IMG/VR virus record: IMGVR_UViG_3300032242_002920
Location: 68,002 to 132,001 of that record
Strand: one strand, 5' to 3'
Length of the DNA: 64,000 bases
Origin: a virus
Shown: positions 54,342-63,048 of the stretch, one piece after another
Layout: each line of letters begins with the position of its first letter
How positions within the stretch are numbered: position 1 is the first letter of the stretch
Made by a program: the position numbers and the translations under genes
The notes under the pieces: model-generated
Database searches by the model: none
What the model was told of the DNA's origin: nothing
What the model saw: only the letters and a program-made list of their open reading frames with translations

Positions 54342-55331
54342 ATGTCGCATGGAATCACAGACAAGGACACAATGTTCAGCGTCCGCGAAATGCCGTGGCA
54401 TGGTCTTGGTACTGTGCTTGATGAGTACCCCGGATCAATCAAGGAAGCACTAGAGCTTTCAGGTCTTGATTGGTCTGTAGTTCAGCGCCCGGTGCATATC
54501 CCTATGACAACTATGGTTGGCGGTCAAGAGATTGTTACTTATCCGCAGGCAAATGGTATTTGGGCAAATGTGCGCGAAGATACTAATGATGTGCTTGGTA
54601 TTGTTACTGATCGTTACAAGCCAATTCAAAACCATGAGGCATTTTCTTTCATGGACAATCTGATCGGATCGCAGTTTGATTTCGAGACAGCAGGCAGCTT
54701 GCAGGCTGGCAAGAAGGTGTGGGTACTTGCCCGTATCCCAGATCATGTTGAAGTTGGTGGCGACGAGATTGCACAATATGTGTTTGTTAGCAATACTCAC
54801 GATGGCAAGGCTTCTTGTATCGTAGCCGCCACTCCAATTCGTATTGTTTGCGCTAACACTCTTGGCTGGGCATTGGGTCAGGCCAAGCGCGGTGGACGCA
54901 GCTACACGGTGCGCCATACGGGAGATATCAGTACCAAGCTCCACGAGGCCCGTAACGTAATGAACATGACAATTAATTATTACGAACAATTCAAGCAGTT
55001 TGGAGATCAGATGGCTCTTGAAAAGATTAGCGCCAATGCTCTTGAAACCCGTGTGCTTGATAGGCTTTACCCTGTCGAAGAGGGTATGGGAGATCGCGCC
55101 GTAACTAATCGTGAAGTTGCTAAAGAGGCAATTCTTTCGATTTTTAACGGCATGGGCGTTCGCGGTGATACGACAGGTAACGCGCCGGGTACTAAGTGGT
55201 GCGCTGCCAACGCAATTGCCGAATACACTGATTACGGTCGTAAGATGACTAAGCGTGGCAATCAGGTTGCCCGGTCATTTGATGACAATGCAATCAAGCA
55301 GCGTGGTTTTGAGTTGGTTCTCGCTGCATAA
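54342..55331 (+). CDS. DUF932 (TIGR03299 phage/plasmid-like) protein
   Basis: PWHGLG, GLDW.V, Y.PIQN.EAF.F.D, ETAGSL..GKKVW, NTHDG, TPIRIVCANTL, RHT. Confidence 0.88.
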   Translation: MSHGITDKDTMFSVREMPWHGLGTVLDEYPGSIKEALELSGLDWSVVQRPVHIPMTTMVGGQEIVTYPQANGIWANVREDTNDVLGIVTDRYKPIQNHEAFSFMDNLIGSQFDFETAGSLQAGKKVWVLARIPDHVEVGGDEIAQYVFVSNTHDGKASCIVAATPIRIVCANTLGWALGQAKRGGRSYTVRHTGDISTKLHEARNVMNMTINYYEQFKQFGDQMALEKISANALETRVLDRLYPVEEGMGDRAVTNREVAKEAILSIFNGMGVRGDTTGNAPGTKWCAANAIAEYTDYGRKMTKRGNQVARSFDDNAIKQRGFELVLAA

Positions 55332-55343
55332 TTAATAGAATAC

Positions 55344-55422
55344 GAGGACTCCAGCTAATGACCCTCCCCATTAGCTTCGGATATAAAAGACCATACTCCC
55401 CTTCGCGGCGTCCTCCGCTTTT
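55344..55422 (+). ncRNA. candidate structured 3' element with C-rich (anti-SD-like) motifs / terminator
   Basis: AGCTAATG-ACCCTCCC-CATTAGCT hairpin; ACTCCCC; GCGG-CGTCCT-CCGC-TTTT. Confidence 0.35.
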
Positions 55423-55452
55423 ACTATTCCTTTAACAATCATATGCTAGGAT
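55420..55452 (+). promoter_or_regulatory. tandem-TTTAC promoter copy 1
   Basis: TTTAC-tattcc-TTTAA-N11-TAGGAT; leaderless ATG at 55459. Confidence 0.75.
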
Positions 55453-55458
55453 GTGTTT

Positions 55459-55866
55459 ATGAAAACAAGAACTCTGTATTGCAAAGCAGGTGAGCATGAG
55501 TGGCAGCGTCCGGCCCAGAAGGGTCGCGCACCTCTTAATTGCCCCGAACATAGTGAAGTAAAAACTAATAACAAGATGAGCGGTTTGGATAAGGCTCGTG
55601 CTGCCAAAGCAAGCAAAAAAGTTGAGGCGGAAAAAGAATGGGCCGATAGGGTTGCTGCTGTTATAAACGACCATCGTATGACCGATGGATTGTCAAGCTA
55701 TTCTTACACCGATGCTCGCCATACCACGATCACCAAACTGCAATACATTCAAAATCAATTGTCAAATAATAGAGAAAACAGAGAACCTACTGATATTTCT
55801 ATGCTAGAGGATATGCGCGAGAAGATTATGCGCGATCCCTTCAACAGGTCGGGCCATCTATTCTAA
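55459..55866 (+). CDS. hypothetical protein (N-terminal Zn-binding)
   Basis: C...H.W.RP..GR.P..CPEH. Confidence 0.6.
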   Translation: MKTRTLYCKAGEHEWQRPAQKGRAPLNCPEHSEVKTNNKMSGLDKARAAKASKKVEAEKEWADRVAAVINDHRMTDGLSSYSYTDARHTTITKLQYIQNQLSNNRENREPTDISMLEDMREKIMRDPFNRSGHLF

Positions 55867-55868
55867 GT

Positions 55869-55901
55869 TTTACCTGCCCTTTACTAACGACCTGCTACGC
55901 T
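55869..55901 (+). promoter_or_regulatory. tandem-TTTAC promoter copy 2
   Basis: TTTAC-ctgccc-TTTAC-N11-TACGCT. Confidence 0.8.
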
Positions 55902-55938
55902 GTGCAGCAGCAGTTCACAATCAACAAGGAGAAACAAA

Positions 55939-56172
55939 ATGAGAGCAGTATGCCCTAGCTGTGGAAGTGACGCGGTGTTCCTCAGTATGGATGTTGAGGT
56001 TTGCGCCGTATTTGATGATGGTACTATTGAGCTTATCGCCCCCGGTGAGGCTCAGGGATATGGTACGCTCGTCTGTGGCGATTGTGATATCGTTGAGGAC
56101 CGCAGTACCAACAATCGACAGGCTTGGATTCAGGCCGCAATTGATAACTACGATAAGGAGATAGCAGCATGA
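55939..56172 (+). CDS. Zn-ribbon hypothetical protein
   Basis: CPSCG...CGDC; AAGGAG RBS. Confidence 0.65.
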   Translation: MRAVCPSCGSDAVFLSMDVEVCAVFDDGTIELIAPGEAQGYGTLVCGDCDIVEDRSTNNRQAWIQAAIDNYDKEIAA

Positions 56173-56558
56173 TTACAGGTACGCTTGTAGGTCAGGTCGC
56201 AGTAGACTCAGGTCAGATTATGATTATTGATCCTTGTTATATTAATGCTGATTTTGCAAAAGAGTTTGACCCTAGCACCAAAAATCAGGAGAGTTCGTCA
56301 TACGAAATGAATTATGATGGGTGCTGTAACGCTACTCTGAGCGGCAAGGGTTACGGACAGCTTGAGAACCTTGCTATTGCTTGTGGCACCTTGTACGGTG
56401 ACGGTGTGTACCCTGTATACGCAGAGTTTGATAGCCGCAATAGGGTCAAGACTCTCACGATTGACTTTGATCCACAGGAGGACGATAGCCTTTGCGATCA
56501 TTGCGGCGAGGATATGGATTGGGATTGTCGCTGTAATGATGAGGATGAAGAGATCTGA
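56169..56558 (+). CDS. DUF4241-like protein
   Basis: VAVDSGQIMIIDP...YGDGVYPVY. Confidence 0.6.
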   Translation: MITGTLVGQVAVDSGQIMIIDPCYINADFAKEFDPSTKNQESSSYEMNYDGCCNATLSGKGYGQLENLAIACGTLYGDGVYPVYAEFDSRNRVKTLTIDFDPQEDDSLCDHCGEDMDWDCRCNDEDEEI

Positions 56559-56570
56559 CACTTGTAATTT

Positions 56571-56597
56571 GCCGGAGGGTGTGATACCCTCCGGCTT
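56571..56597 (+). terminator. hairpin/terminator
   Basis: GCCGGAGGGT/ACCCTCCGGC 10-bp stem. Confidence 0.65.
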
Positions 56598-56631
56598 ACG
56601 AGTGAAGTGTTCAAATAAATAAAGGAAATAA

Positions 56632-56811
56632 ATGACAAAAGAAGTTGATGCATACGCACTTGGATATGCTCACGCATTAGAGCGTGGTCCCAAGTCTATG
56701 GAAAGTATTAAGCTAGTAGCGGCATTTGGTGAGAAGGATGCCAAGAAGTATCAAAAGGGCGTAGTTGCTGGCCTTAATCGAATTGTAGAAAATACGCAGG
56801 GTAACAAGTAA
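56632..56811 (+). CDS. hypothetical protein (59 aa, not in track)
   Basis: AAAGGA RBS; MTKEVDAYALGYAHAL... Confidence 0.6.
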   Translation: MTKEVDAYALGYAHALERGPKSMESIKLVAAFGEKDAKKYQKGVVAGLNRIVENTQGNK

Positions 56812-57063
56812 TTGTTTGTTGATACAGAAGCGGAAGTAGTTGATATTGTTCAAGCAATTGATGTTGTGACAAGTATCGTTGGCCGAGTAGCTAAGGAAAG
56901 AAATCAATTTGCTTCGGCAATGATTGATACTGACCTTGATGCGGCGGAGGCAACGGTTCTTGAAACAGAAAAACAATTGACGGCGGCTAGAACGCTGCTT
57001 AATTTTGCGTATGATCTGCTTGGGCAGGAGCCTAGTCCCCCAGCTAACGAGTACGAAGTCTGA
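56812..57063 (+). CDS. hypothetical protein
   Basis: TTG start abutting previous stop. Confidence 0.5.
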   Translation: MFVDTEAEVVDIVQAIDVVTSIVGRVAKERNQFASAMIDTDLDAAEATVLETEKQLTAARTLLNFAYDLLGQEPSPPANEYEV

Positions 57064-57064
57064 T

Positions 57065-57097
57065 TTTACCTGCTCTTTACCCGGCATCTGTTAAGAT
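57065..57097 (+). promoter_or_regulatory. tandem-TTTAC promoter copy 3
   Basis: TTTAC-ctgctc-TTTAC-N11-TAAGAT. Confidence 0.8.
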
Positions 57098-57144
57098 GCT
57101 GGGTGCAGCAGTTACACAATACCAATTCCCAAAGGAGGGAAACA

Positions 57145-57375
57145 ATGCCTAAGTATAAAATTCAGGTTCCAGAGGTCCACTATCAGACCGTAGAGGTTGA
57201 TGCTCTTAACGAGGCCGATGCTGTACGAGAGGTTATGGATTACGGTGGAGAGCGCGTCGAAGGCGCACTAGAGTATTCTCATGTAATGGATGAGTATCTT
57301 GTGGAACTTTTGCGCGAGTGTGAATCAGGTGACGGAATCAATCACGATTGGATGATCTGGGAAACAAATGATTAG
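57145..57375 (+). CDS. DpnD/PcfM-like small protein
   Basis: KYKIQV.E....VEVDA.NE.DA. Confidence 0.55.
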   Translation: MPKYKIQVPEVHYQTVEVDALNEADAVREVMDYGGERVEGALEYSHVMDEYLVELLRECESGDGINHDWMIWETND

Positions 57376-57562
57376 TATTGATATTGATAGTGCAAAAGAG
57401 ATTGTTCGTATGTTGAATAGTTATGCTGAGGAACTCAATAACGCAATTGATACTCAGGACAATAGCGACGAGATAGTTAGGTATATGGAGGGCGATATTG
57501 CTAATGCTGATATTCTTGTCGCTTACATTGAGCGCAAGCTGTCACCAACAGGCGTTCGCTGA
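57368..57562 (+). CDS. hypothetical protein
   Basis: Coupled 64-aa ORF. Confidence 0.55.
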   Translation: MISIDIDSAKEIVRMLNSYAEELNNAIDTQDNSDEIVRYMEGDIANADILVAYIERKLSPTGVR

Positions 57563-57563
57563 T

Positions 57564-57596
57564 TTTACTCGCCCTTTACCCGCAGTCTGGTATGAT
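57564..57596 (+). promoter_or_regulatory. tandem-TTTAC promoter copy 4
   Basis: TTTAC-tcgccc-TTTAC-N11-TATGAT. Confidence 0.8.
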
Positions 57597-57632
57597 GCTT
57601 GCAGCAGTTCAAACTACACAAAGGAGAAACAA

Positions 57633-58241
57633 ATGCATTCACTTAATCATTTTCTTATCAACCTTGATTCTGATGATTTGGCTTTTATTTATCAAAACGG
57701 CAATATCTTTGCTACAGAACATAGTCAGTTCGGTTCATATGTTGAGCGAAAGTTTGATGATAATAATTGGTACACGGCATTGACCGTGACTTACAAGGAT
57801 GGCACACCGACCGCTTTTAGTTCTGACAACTATCGCGGTGGGGTAGACGCTTGGGTTGAGGATCGTGATAGCTGGAACTTTGATGCCGCCGTTGATGCCG
57901 CATACAAGTCTTTGTATTGGGATGTCAATAACAGGATCAATATTCTTACCAACGAAGATCGTAACAATGATCGTGAGTTTCAGTCAATCGAGGATGCTGC
58001 TGCTGCTATCCGCGAGGCTCTTGCAGATAGCTACGCTGGCACCGATATCGGCATTGACGATTGGAGGCTATCGTACACTCGTCCGTGGCTTGCCGCAACT
58101 TATGAGCGGTTTAATGATAAGTATTTCACGCCACCGTTCTTCAACGCTTGGGATGTGAACCCTTACAACGCCCGTACATTCGATTTGACGGACGGAGAGG
58201 ATTTTGGTCTTGCAATCCTGACGGTGGACGTTCACACCTGA
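57633..58241 (+). CDS. hypothetical protein
   Basis: AAGGAG RBS before MHSLNHF; ends VDVHT. Confidence 0.65.
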   Translation: MHSLNHFLINLDSDDLAFIYQNGNIFATEHSQFGSYVERKFDDNNWYTALTVTYKDGTPTAFSSDNYRGGVDAWVEDRDSWNFDAAVDAAYKSLYWDVNNRINILTNEDRNNDREFQSIEDAAAAIREALADSYAGTDIGIDDWRLSYTRPWLAATYERFNDKYFTPPFFNAWDVNPYNARTFDLTDGEDFGLAILTVDVHT

Positions 58242-58242
58242 T

Positions 58243-58285
58243 TTTACCTAACCTTTACTCAAATTTATTTTTGACCTGTCACACT
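58243..58285 (+). promoter_or_regulatory. tandem-TTTAC promoter copy 5 (variant)
   Basis: TTTAC-ctaacc-TTTAC, extra TTTAT, then N11-CACACT. Confidence 0.5.
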
Positions 58286-58315
58286 ACGACATAGCAATCA
58301 ACTAAGGAGGCAGTT

Positions 58316-58534
58316 ATGGAAGCAGTAGTCACATATATGATTCCCGTGTCCGTACTTATTGATACGGAGACTAGAGAGGTCGTGCGGGTCTTGCAAGAAA
58401 ACGAAAACATCTTTCTGTCTGAGCCTGCTCAGGTTTTTGATGAGAATTGGGTGCCGGTTCTTGATGATGAACTTATTGAGGACGCGATTGATATTACCGA
58501 GTCTGCTGATTGGCCGGTTTGGGATAAAGCATAA
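58316..58534 (+). CDS. hypothetical protein, paralog of 61424..61645
   Basis: AAGGAGG RBS; MEAVVTYMIPV...WPVWDKA. Confidence 0.7.
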   Translation: MEAVVTYMIPVSVLIDTETREVVRVLQENENIFLSEPAQVFDENWVPVLDDELIEDAIDITESADWPVWDKA

Positions 58535-58740
58535 TGAAAGTATATGGATTCTCATACGACGGTGGTGACTTATTGTTTTTCTCTAGGGGCGACCGTGATG
58601 CAGCGGTCGTCAAGGAAATAAAAGATCAGGGTGGGCCTCTGGTAAACCTAAATTATTGGGAGCGAGAGGTGCCAGAGGATCTACTCGCACAGACTGCATA
58701 TGATTATATAACAGCAAACGAGATTGGAGAACTTAGATGA
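58534..58740 (+). CDS. hypothetical protein
   Basis: TAATG coupling. Confidence 0.55.
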   Translation: MKVYGFSYDGGDLLFFSRGDRDAAVVKEIKDQGGPLVNLNYWEREVPEDLLAQTAYDYITANEIGELR

Positions 58741-58946
58741 GATTCAAGGTTGAAGATGCTTATGATGCAGTTTATGGCTACTACCACGCTCAGGCCGTAG
58801 ATGAGGGTGTAGAGTGGACAGCCGAGCATGACGAGTTTGTTGGAGAAGTGACGGGCGAATTTATTAGCTACATTCGTGAAAGTATCAATAACTTTTTCAA
58901 TGTAGAAACCCCGACCCTTCCGGGTCTTTATGAAAAGGTACAGTAA
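58737..58946 (+). CDS. hypothetical protein
   Basis: ATGA coupling; similar to next gene. Confidence 0.6.
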   Translation: MRFKVEDAYDAVYGYYHAQAVDEGVEWTAEHDEFVGEVTGEFISYIRESINNFFNVETPTLPGLYEKVQ

Positions 58947-59164
58947 TGACTGACAATAATACAATTTACGATGCTATCGATGAATATGTTAGAGATAGCT
59001 ATAAGCAGCAGGCCGCAGACAATCACCAGAAGTGGACACAGGCTCACAACGAATTTGTTGAGCCTCATGTAGCCAGCCTTTACAATCAAGTAATGCAAGC
59101 GGTCGATATGTATATGACACATTTTGCAGAGCCGCTTCCAATCTTTGAGGATGATAATGAATAA
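58946..59164 (+). CDS. hypothetical protein (tandem paralog)
   Basis: YDA...Y..QA.D....WT..H.EFV shared with previous gene. Confidence 0.6.
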   Translation: MTDNNTIYDAIDEYVRDSYKQQAADNHQKWTQAHNEFVEPHVASLYNQVMQAVDMYMTHFAEPLPIFEDDNE

Positions 59165-59543
59165 TAATTCAAGCAGATACGAGCGCGGCGATGTGGCCGT
59201 TGAGTGGTACAATGCTGGCGAAGGTTGGGATGGTGATTACGATCCCGACAATCCCGAAGATGTGAACCTGCTTAGATTTGACTTTTATGCTCGCAAGGAT
59301 GGTAATTGGATTACCGTTCTTGATGCAAGTTATTGTACGCAGGTTCCCGCTGATACTCCCGACGATGTTCTAGCTAATTTGCTAGAGGTTCTGATGGACG
59401 AGGGCGAGGATGCCGTACAGATCGCTTTGAGCGAAGGCGACCGTCATATGTACGGCGACGAGATCGCTCCAGCAGGCCGTAGGGTGTTTGAGGAACTGTC
59501 ATGGATCGCCCCTGATTGGGCATACGAAAAGGAAGCAAAATGA
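59157..59543 (+). CDS. hypothetical acidic protein
   Basis: GEGWDGDYDPDNPED.NLLRFD, DASYCT. Confidence 0.6.
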   Translation: MNNNSSRYERGDVAVEWYNAGEGWDGDYDPDNPEDVNLLRFDFYARKDGNWITVLDASYCTQVPADTPDDVLANLLEVLMDEGEDAVQIALSEGDRHMYGDEIAPAGRRVFEELSWIAPDWAYEKEAK

Positions 59544-59836
59544 TAAGTAAAGAATCACAAGATGCAGTAGATAACATGACAGCAGGTTACATTGGCCTTA
59601 TGACAAATATTGAGGCTGATGTTATTGAGCCGGGTCGCGTTTTGTTAAATAAAACTTTTGCTAAGAGTTATCATGTTGGCATAGATACGGCCCGCCATGA
59701 GTCTGATCTAGTTCTGACGATCACGGATGACAATGATCCCTTCTCAGTTGTTGAAGAGACTTACGGCGATCTTGGCGAGCTTACTGATCGTATTAAACAA
59801 ATTAATGAAATGGCTGAGGAAGATAACGATGAATGA
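59540..59836 (+). CDS. hypothetical protein
   Basis: AAGGA RBS, ATGA coupling. Confidence 0.55.
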   Translation: MISKESQDAVDNMTAGYIGLMTNIEADVIEPGRVLLNKTFAKSYHVGIDTARHESDLVLTITDDNDPFSVVEETYGDLGELTDRIKQINEMAEEDNDE

Positions 59837-60089
59837 TTTTGTAGAAATATTTGATGATTACATGGCTGATGCAATTAACGAGCTTTCAGCCATTGCGAGT
59901 CATTTTGAGGATGCTAAGGAAGCAATCTTGAAAGGTCAGATTGAATGGGCCGAAGAGGTTTTAGTGGACGCCGTGTCTGAGCATATGATGGGCCTACAGC
60001 GCGCCGTAGGCAAGCTGGAATACTGCGCCCTTGATGGACTTATTGAAGAGGTTGATGCAGCCCTTGAAGAAAAGTACGGCAACAAGTAA
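59829..60089 (+). CDS. hypothetical protein
   Basis: Coupled helical acidic ORF. Confidence 0.55.
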   Translation: MNDFVEIFDDYMADAINELSAIASHFEDAKEAILKGQIEWAEEVLVDAVSEHMMGLQRAVGKLEYCALDGLIEEVDAALEEKYGNK

Positions 60090-60101
60090 AAAGAAAAAGA
60101 A

Positions 60102-60136
60102 ATCCGGCCCTCCCAAAAAGGAGGAGCCGGATATTT
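60102..60136 (+). terminator. hairpin/terminator
   Basis: ATCCGGC.CTCC/GGAG.AGCCGGAT stem + ATTT. Confidence 0.55.
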
Positions 60137-60184
60137 GGGATTACCAAAACTATTGGTCTCCAGAAAAATTAAAGGAAAGACAGG

Positions 60185-60418
60185 ATGTACGAAGAGAACG
60201 AAGTAAAAATCGTCATTGACGAGATGGGGACGATCCTCAATAAGTTTGAGATCCTTCTGGATCAAGCAGCCGTTAATATTAATATAGCAAATAAAAACTT
60301 AAATAGCAGGTCTGCGTTTGCTTCACTTGTGACAGCAGACAGTCAGCTAAAGAAAATTAACTTGATCTCAGTAATCGAAACAATCGAAGGCATCTTGCAG
60401 GACAGCGGAAAGCTTTAA
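60185..60418 (+). CDS. hypothetical protein
   Basis: AAAGGA RBS. Confidence 0.5.
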   Translation: MYEENEVKIVIDEMGTILNKFEILLDQAAVNINIANKNLNSRSAFASLVTADSQLKKINLISVIETIEGILQDSGKL

Positions 60419-60446
60419 TATTTCTTTACTATTGATGTGATATAAT
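60414..60446 (+). promoter_or_regulatory. tandem-TTTAC promoter copy 6
   Basis: TTTAA-tatttc-TTTAC-N11-TATAAT. Confidence 0.75.
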
Positions 60447-60494
60447 AATATCATCGGTCGGATCAAGCGCGACTTTATAGGAGATTAGATAACG

Positions 60495-60749
60495 GTGTTG
60501 AGTAACGGTTATATTGTGACGGTGAATGAGCGGGTGTATGGCCCGTACATTAATTATGATGATGCGACTAGGGCGCATGAGGGCGATGGGGATAGGCGTA
60601 TTCAGGCGTTGAACTTTCATCCTGACGCTGTGAAGGTCATGGACTGTGATAGGTCTGAGTGCCGTCATTGTCGTAGTGTTGAGCGAGAGGGCCGGAAGGC
60701 TTTGGCGCGTACTCAGGCAAGAGGCAAGCGAGAGGCGGCGAGCGAGTAA
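60495..60749 (+). CDS. hypothetical protein
   Basis: AGGAG RBS; YGPY; C...CRHC. Confidence 0.55.
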   Translation: MLSNGYIVTVNERVYGPYINYDDATRAHEGDGDRRIQALNFHPDAVKVMDCDRSECRHCRSVEREGRKALARTQARGKREAASE

Positions 60750-61033
60750 TGGCTGGCACTATTCATGTTTGGGTGCGCAAGGACGACGAGGGTTTTGAGC
60801 ATCTTACTTTTCTTAACTCAACTATGACTGAGGTTGCGGAAAGTATTAAGGATAAGGAAATTATTGCAATGATTGACGAGTCTCTAACTGTTGAGTGCGA
60901 GATTACTTATGAGCAACCAAGCAGGCCGTATAACCGCACCGTGTGGTGGTGGAGGCCGAAGGCGGTCGCTGATCCCGCTATCAAGAATGTGGACGAGTTT
61001 CTTGCCAGCTTTGATACACTAGGAGAAGAGTAA
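60749..61033 (+). CDS. hypothetical protein
   Basis: TAATG coupling. Confidence 0.55.
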   Translation: MAGTIHVWVRKDDEGFEHLTFLNSTMTEVAESIKDKEIIAMIDESLTVECEITYEQPSRPYNRTVWWWRPKAVADPAIKNVDEFLASFDTLGEE

Positions 61034-61143
61034 TGAGAAGAAAGACTAAGCAGAAGGTTGTAAATGCATTTGCCATCCTTTATGTTGCGGCGATCCCTGT
61101 CGTGATCGTGATTGCCTGTCTTGCAATCAACAATAGGATCTAA
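61033..61143 (+). CDS. 36-aa single-pass membrane peptide (not in track)
   Basis: AGGAG RBS, TAATG coupling; MRRKTKQK + hydrophobic helix. Confidence 0.5.
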   Translation: MRRKTKQKVVNAFAILYVAAIPVVIVIACLAINNRI

Positions 61144-61214
61144 TATGTTCAGAAGAGTAATCGCAGCAACTTACATCTGGATAACTACAAAAGTATTTCA
61201 AGTGAGGCTATGAT

Positions 61215-61358
61215 ATGAAAAATATTTACAGGGCTTTGACTGATAATAAATTCTGGTATGTTGGCGTGACGAGCGCGGAGTTCAACAATATTGATTATGA
61301 AAATAATCCCTGTGTTATCATCCGCAATCCGTTTTGCAAGTGGAAGCCTAATCGGTAG
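61215..61358 (+). CDS. 47-aa hypothetical protein (not in track)
   Basis: GAGG RBS; MKNIYRALTDNKFWY... Confidence 0.4.
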   Translation: MKNIYRALTDNKFWYVGVTSAEFNNIDYENNPCVIIRNPFCKWKPNR

Positions 61359-61361
61359 TTC

Positions 61362-61394
61362 TTTACCGAGTCTTTACTTAGCCTATGCTATGCT
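61362..61394 (+). promoter_or_regulatory. tandem-TTTAC promoter copy 7
   Basis: TTTAC-cgagtc-TTTAC-N11-TATGCT. Confidence 0.8.
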
Positions 61395-61423
61395 GTACGC
61401 AGCAATCAACTAAGGAGGCAGTT

Positions 61424-61645
61424 ATGGAAGCAGCAGTTCAATACATGGTTCCGGTCACGGTGTTCGTTGATACGGAGACTAAGAAAGTCGTGCGCGTTCT
61501 ACAGGAGAACGAAAATATGTTCCTGCCTGATATTCCCGAAGTATGGGACGAGTCTTGGCAGCCTATTGAGGACGAGATTCTTGCAGAAGAAATTGCTCAA
61601 ATCGCAGAGGCCGACAGCGAGTGGCCCGTCTGGGATCGGGCATAA
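61424..61645 (+). CDS. hypothetical protein, paralog of 58316..58534
   Basis: MEAAVQYMVPV...WPVWDRA. Confidence 0.7.
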   Translation: MEAAVQYMVPVTVFVDTETKKVVRVLQENENMFLPDIPEVWDESWQPIEDEILAEEIAQIAEADSEWPVWDRA

Positions 61646-61655
61646 GGAGAAAATA

Positions 61656-61838
61656 ATGACCGAACCAATCACTAATGGAGTAATTGCCCTTGTCGGTAAT
61701 GTGTCGGACGGATTCACCCCCTACGGCCCTTATGCTGACTTTGATGTGGCTATTGAGGCTATGAACGGCGAAGAGTGCTGGATCATGGAGCTTCATGCCG
61801 ACGCTGATTCAATTATTATTGGAGGAAATAATGCCTAG
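61656..61838 (+). CDS. hypothetical protein
   Basis: AAGGAG RBS; VGNVSDGFTPYGP. Confidence 0.6.
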   Translation: MTEPITNGVIALVGNVSDGFTPYGPYADFDVAIEAMNGEECWIMELHADADSIIIGGNNA

Positions 61839-62004
61839 ATACGAAGTTACAGAAGTAATTAGAAAATATTGGGAGGTCGAAGCTGACTCTACTGAGCAAG
61901 CGTATTACCTTGTGATGGACGGCCACAGAGAAGCCATCCTAGTCAATGAAGATGGCGAGTGCGCCGATATTATTGAGCTTGGCGAGACTACCGATATTCG
62001 GTAG
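61831..62004 (+). CDS. DpnD/PcfM-like small protein
   Basis: GGAGG RBS; RYEV.E.....EVEADS.EQA. Confidence 0.55.
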   Translation: MPRYEVTEVIRKYWEVEADSTEQAYYLVMDGHREAILVNEDGECADIIELGETTDIR

Positions 62005-62010
62005 TCTTTT
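61985..62010 (+). terminator. intrinsic terminator overlapping stop codon
   Basis: AGACTACCGA/TCGGTAGTCT + TTT. Confidence 0.7.
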
Positions 62011-62023
62011 GCCTATTGTTTAT

Positions 62024-62140
62024 ATGTAACAAATGTTACATGATAGATAGAAGTGAACAGGTTGAGGGTCTGAGAAGTGAACAGGCACTTTCTATGTAAA
62101 ATAAAGAAAAAGTGCCTGAGAAGCGGACAGATGTGAACAA
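62024..62140. repeat. intergenic repeat cluster (AGAAGTGAACAG-like x4, palindrome, inverted repeat)
   Basis: Copies at 62049, 62073, 62119, 62129; ATGTAACA-aa-TGTTACAT; CAGGCACTTT/AAAGTGCCTG. Confidence 0.65.
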
Positions 62141-62170
62141 AAATCAAATATATGGTAAAATGGAGAAACC

Positions 62171-62401
62171 ATGAACAAGTATTTTGATAAAAATTGGAAG
62201 ATCGGCCCCCTTAGCATCTATGTTGAGGGGGCGCTAACGCATCATGTGATCGGTCTGGGATCGGTCGAATGGGGAGCAGGTAAGTCTAGAAGTTACTCCG
62301 GCCCAGAGGGAGAGCTTTATGCCACTCCTGCCTATCTCAATATTGACACTAACCTGCCGTTTTCTTGGATCAGGGTCAATATTGAAAAGAAAAATAAATG
62401 A
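62171..62401 (+). CDS. hypothetical protein
   Basis: GGAG RBS. Confidence 0.55.
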   Translation: MNKYFDKNWKIGPLSIYVEGALTHHVIGLGSVEWGAGKSRSYSGPEGELYATPAYLNIDTNLPFSWIRVNIEKKNK

Positions 62402-62619
62402 GAGTTGTAACAGGAAATAAATACCCGTCTGATCGGTGGATCGTCGTTGATGACAATGATGGAGTTGTCTTTGATCCGGTGTATGCTGCTGGCAATCATT
62501 CGCTGACTCTAAAGGTTTGTAATACTTATGTGAATATGCCTGAGCATCGGGACGAGCTTCACAAGCATTACGAGCAGAAAGCAAACTACGAATGGAACAA
62601 GTTAGGATATTTTGTATGA
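62398..62619 (+). CDS. hypothetical protein
   Basis: ATGA coupling. Confidence 0.55.
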   Translation: MRVVTGNKYPSDRWIVVDDNDGVVFDPVYAAGNHSLTLKVCNTYVNMPEHRDELHKHYEQKANYEWNKLGYFV

Positions 62620-62873
62620 ATAAAGTAAAGAAAAGAATGTATAATTTCATTTGCAATTATTCGTTTAGAGTTTACACTTGGAGCGATAAAAAGTATTGGG
62701 ATGCGGCAGGCGATAAGAAAAGAAATACTGAGCGCATGATTGCTAATGCTGATAAGTACGACCTAGAATCATGGGCAAAAGACATTAGAGAGCAAGAGCA
62801 GGAGTCTATGGAGGCATTAGCTAGATTCTCAGAGATGAAGATGGATGAAAAGGATAACAATGGAAATACATAA
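62616..62873 (+). CDS. hypothetical protein
   Basis: ATGA coupling. Confidence 0.5.
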   Translation: MNKVKKRMYNFICNYSFRVYTWSDKKYWDAAGDKKRNTERMIANADKYDLESWAKDIREQEQESMEALARFSEMKMDEKDNNGNT

Positions 62874-63048
62874 AACAATATACAAGACAAAAAATAAAGA
62901 AACAAGAGACTTGGATAGCGAATGGGTCGAGGTGCGCAAGAGAGCGGACGAGCTAGCGCCCGATGGAATATTGTCTAGTGAAAACTATGAAGAATTCCTT
63001 ACCGAAGTTCTCGATAAGTTTGAAGAAATAAATAATAGTCGCCCATAA
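62860..63048 (+). CDS. hypothetical protein
   Basis: AAGGA RBS. Confidence 0.5.
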   Translation: MEIHKTIYKTKNKETRDLDSEWVEVRKRADELAPDGILSSENYEEFLTEVLDKFEEINNSRP

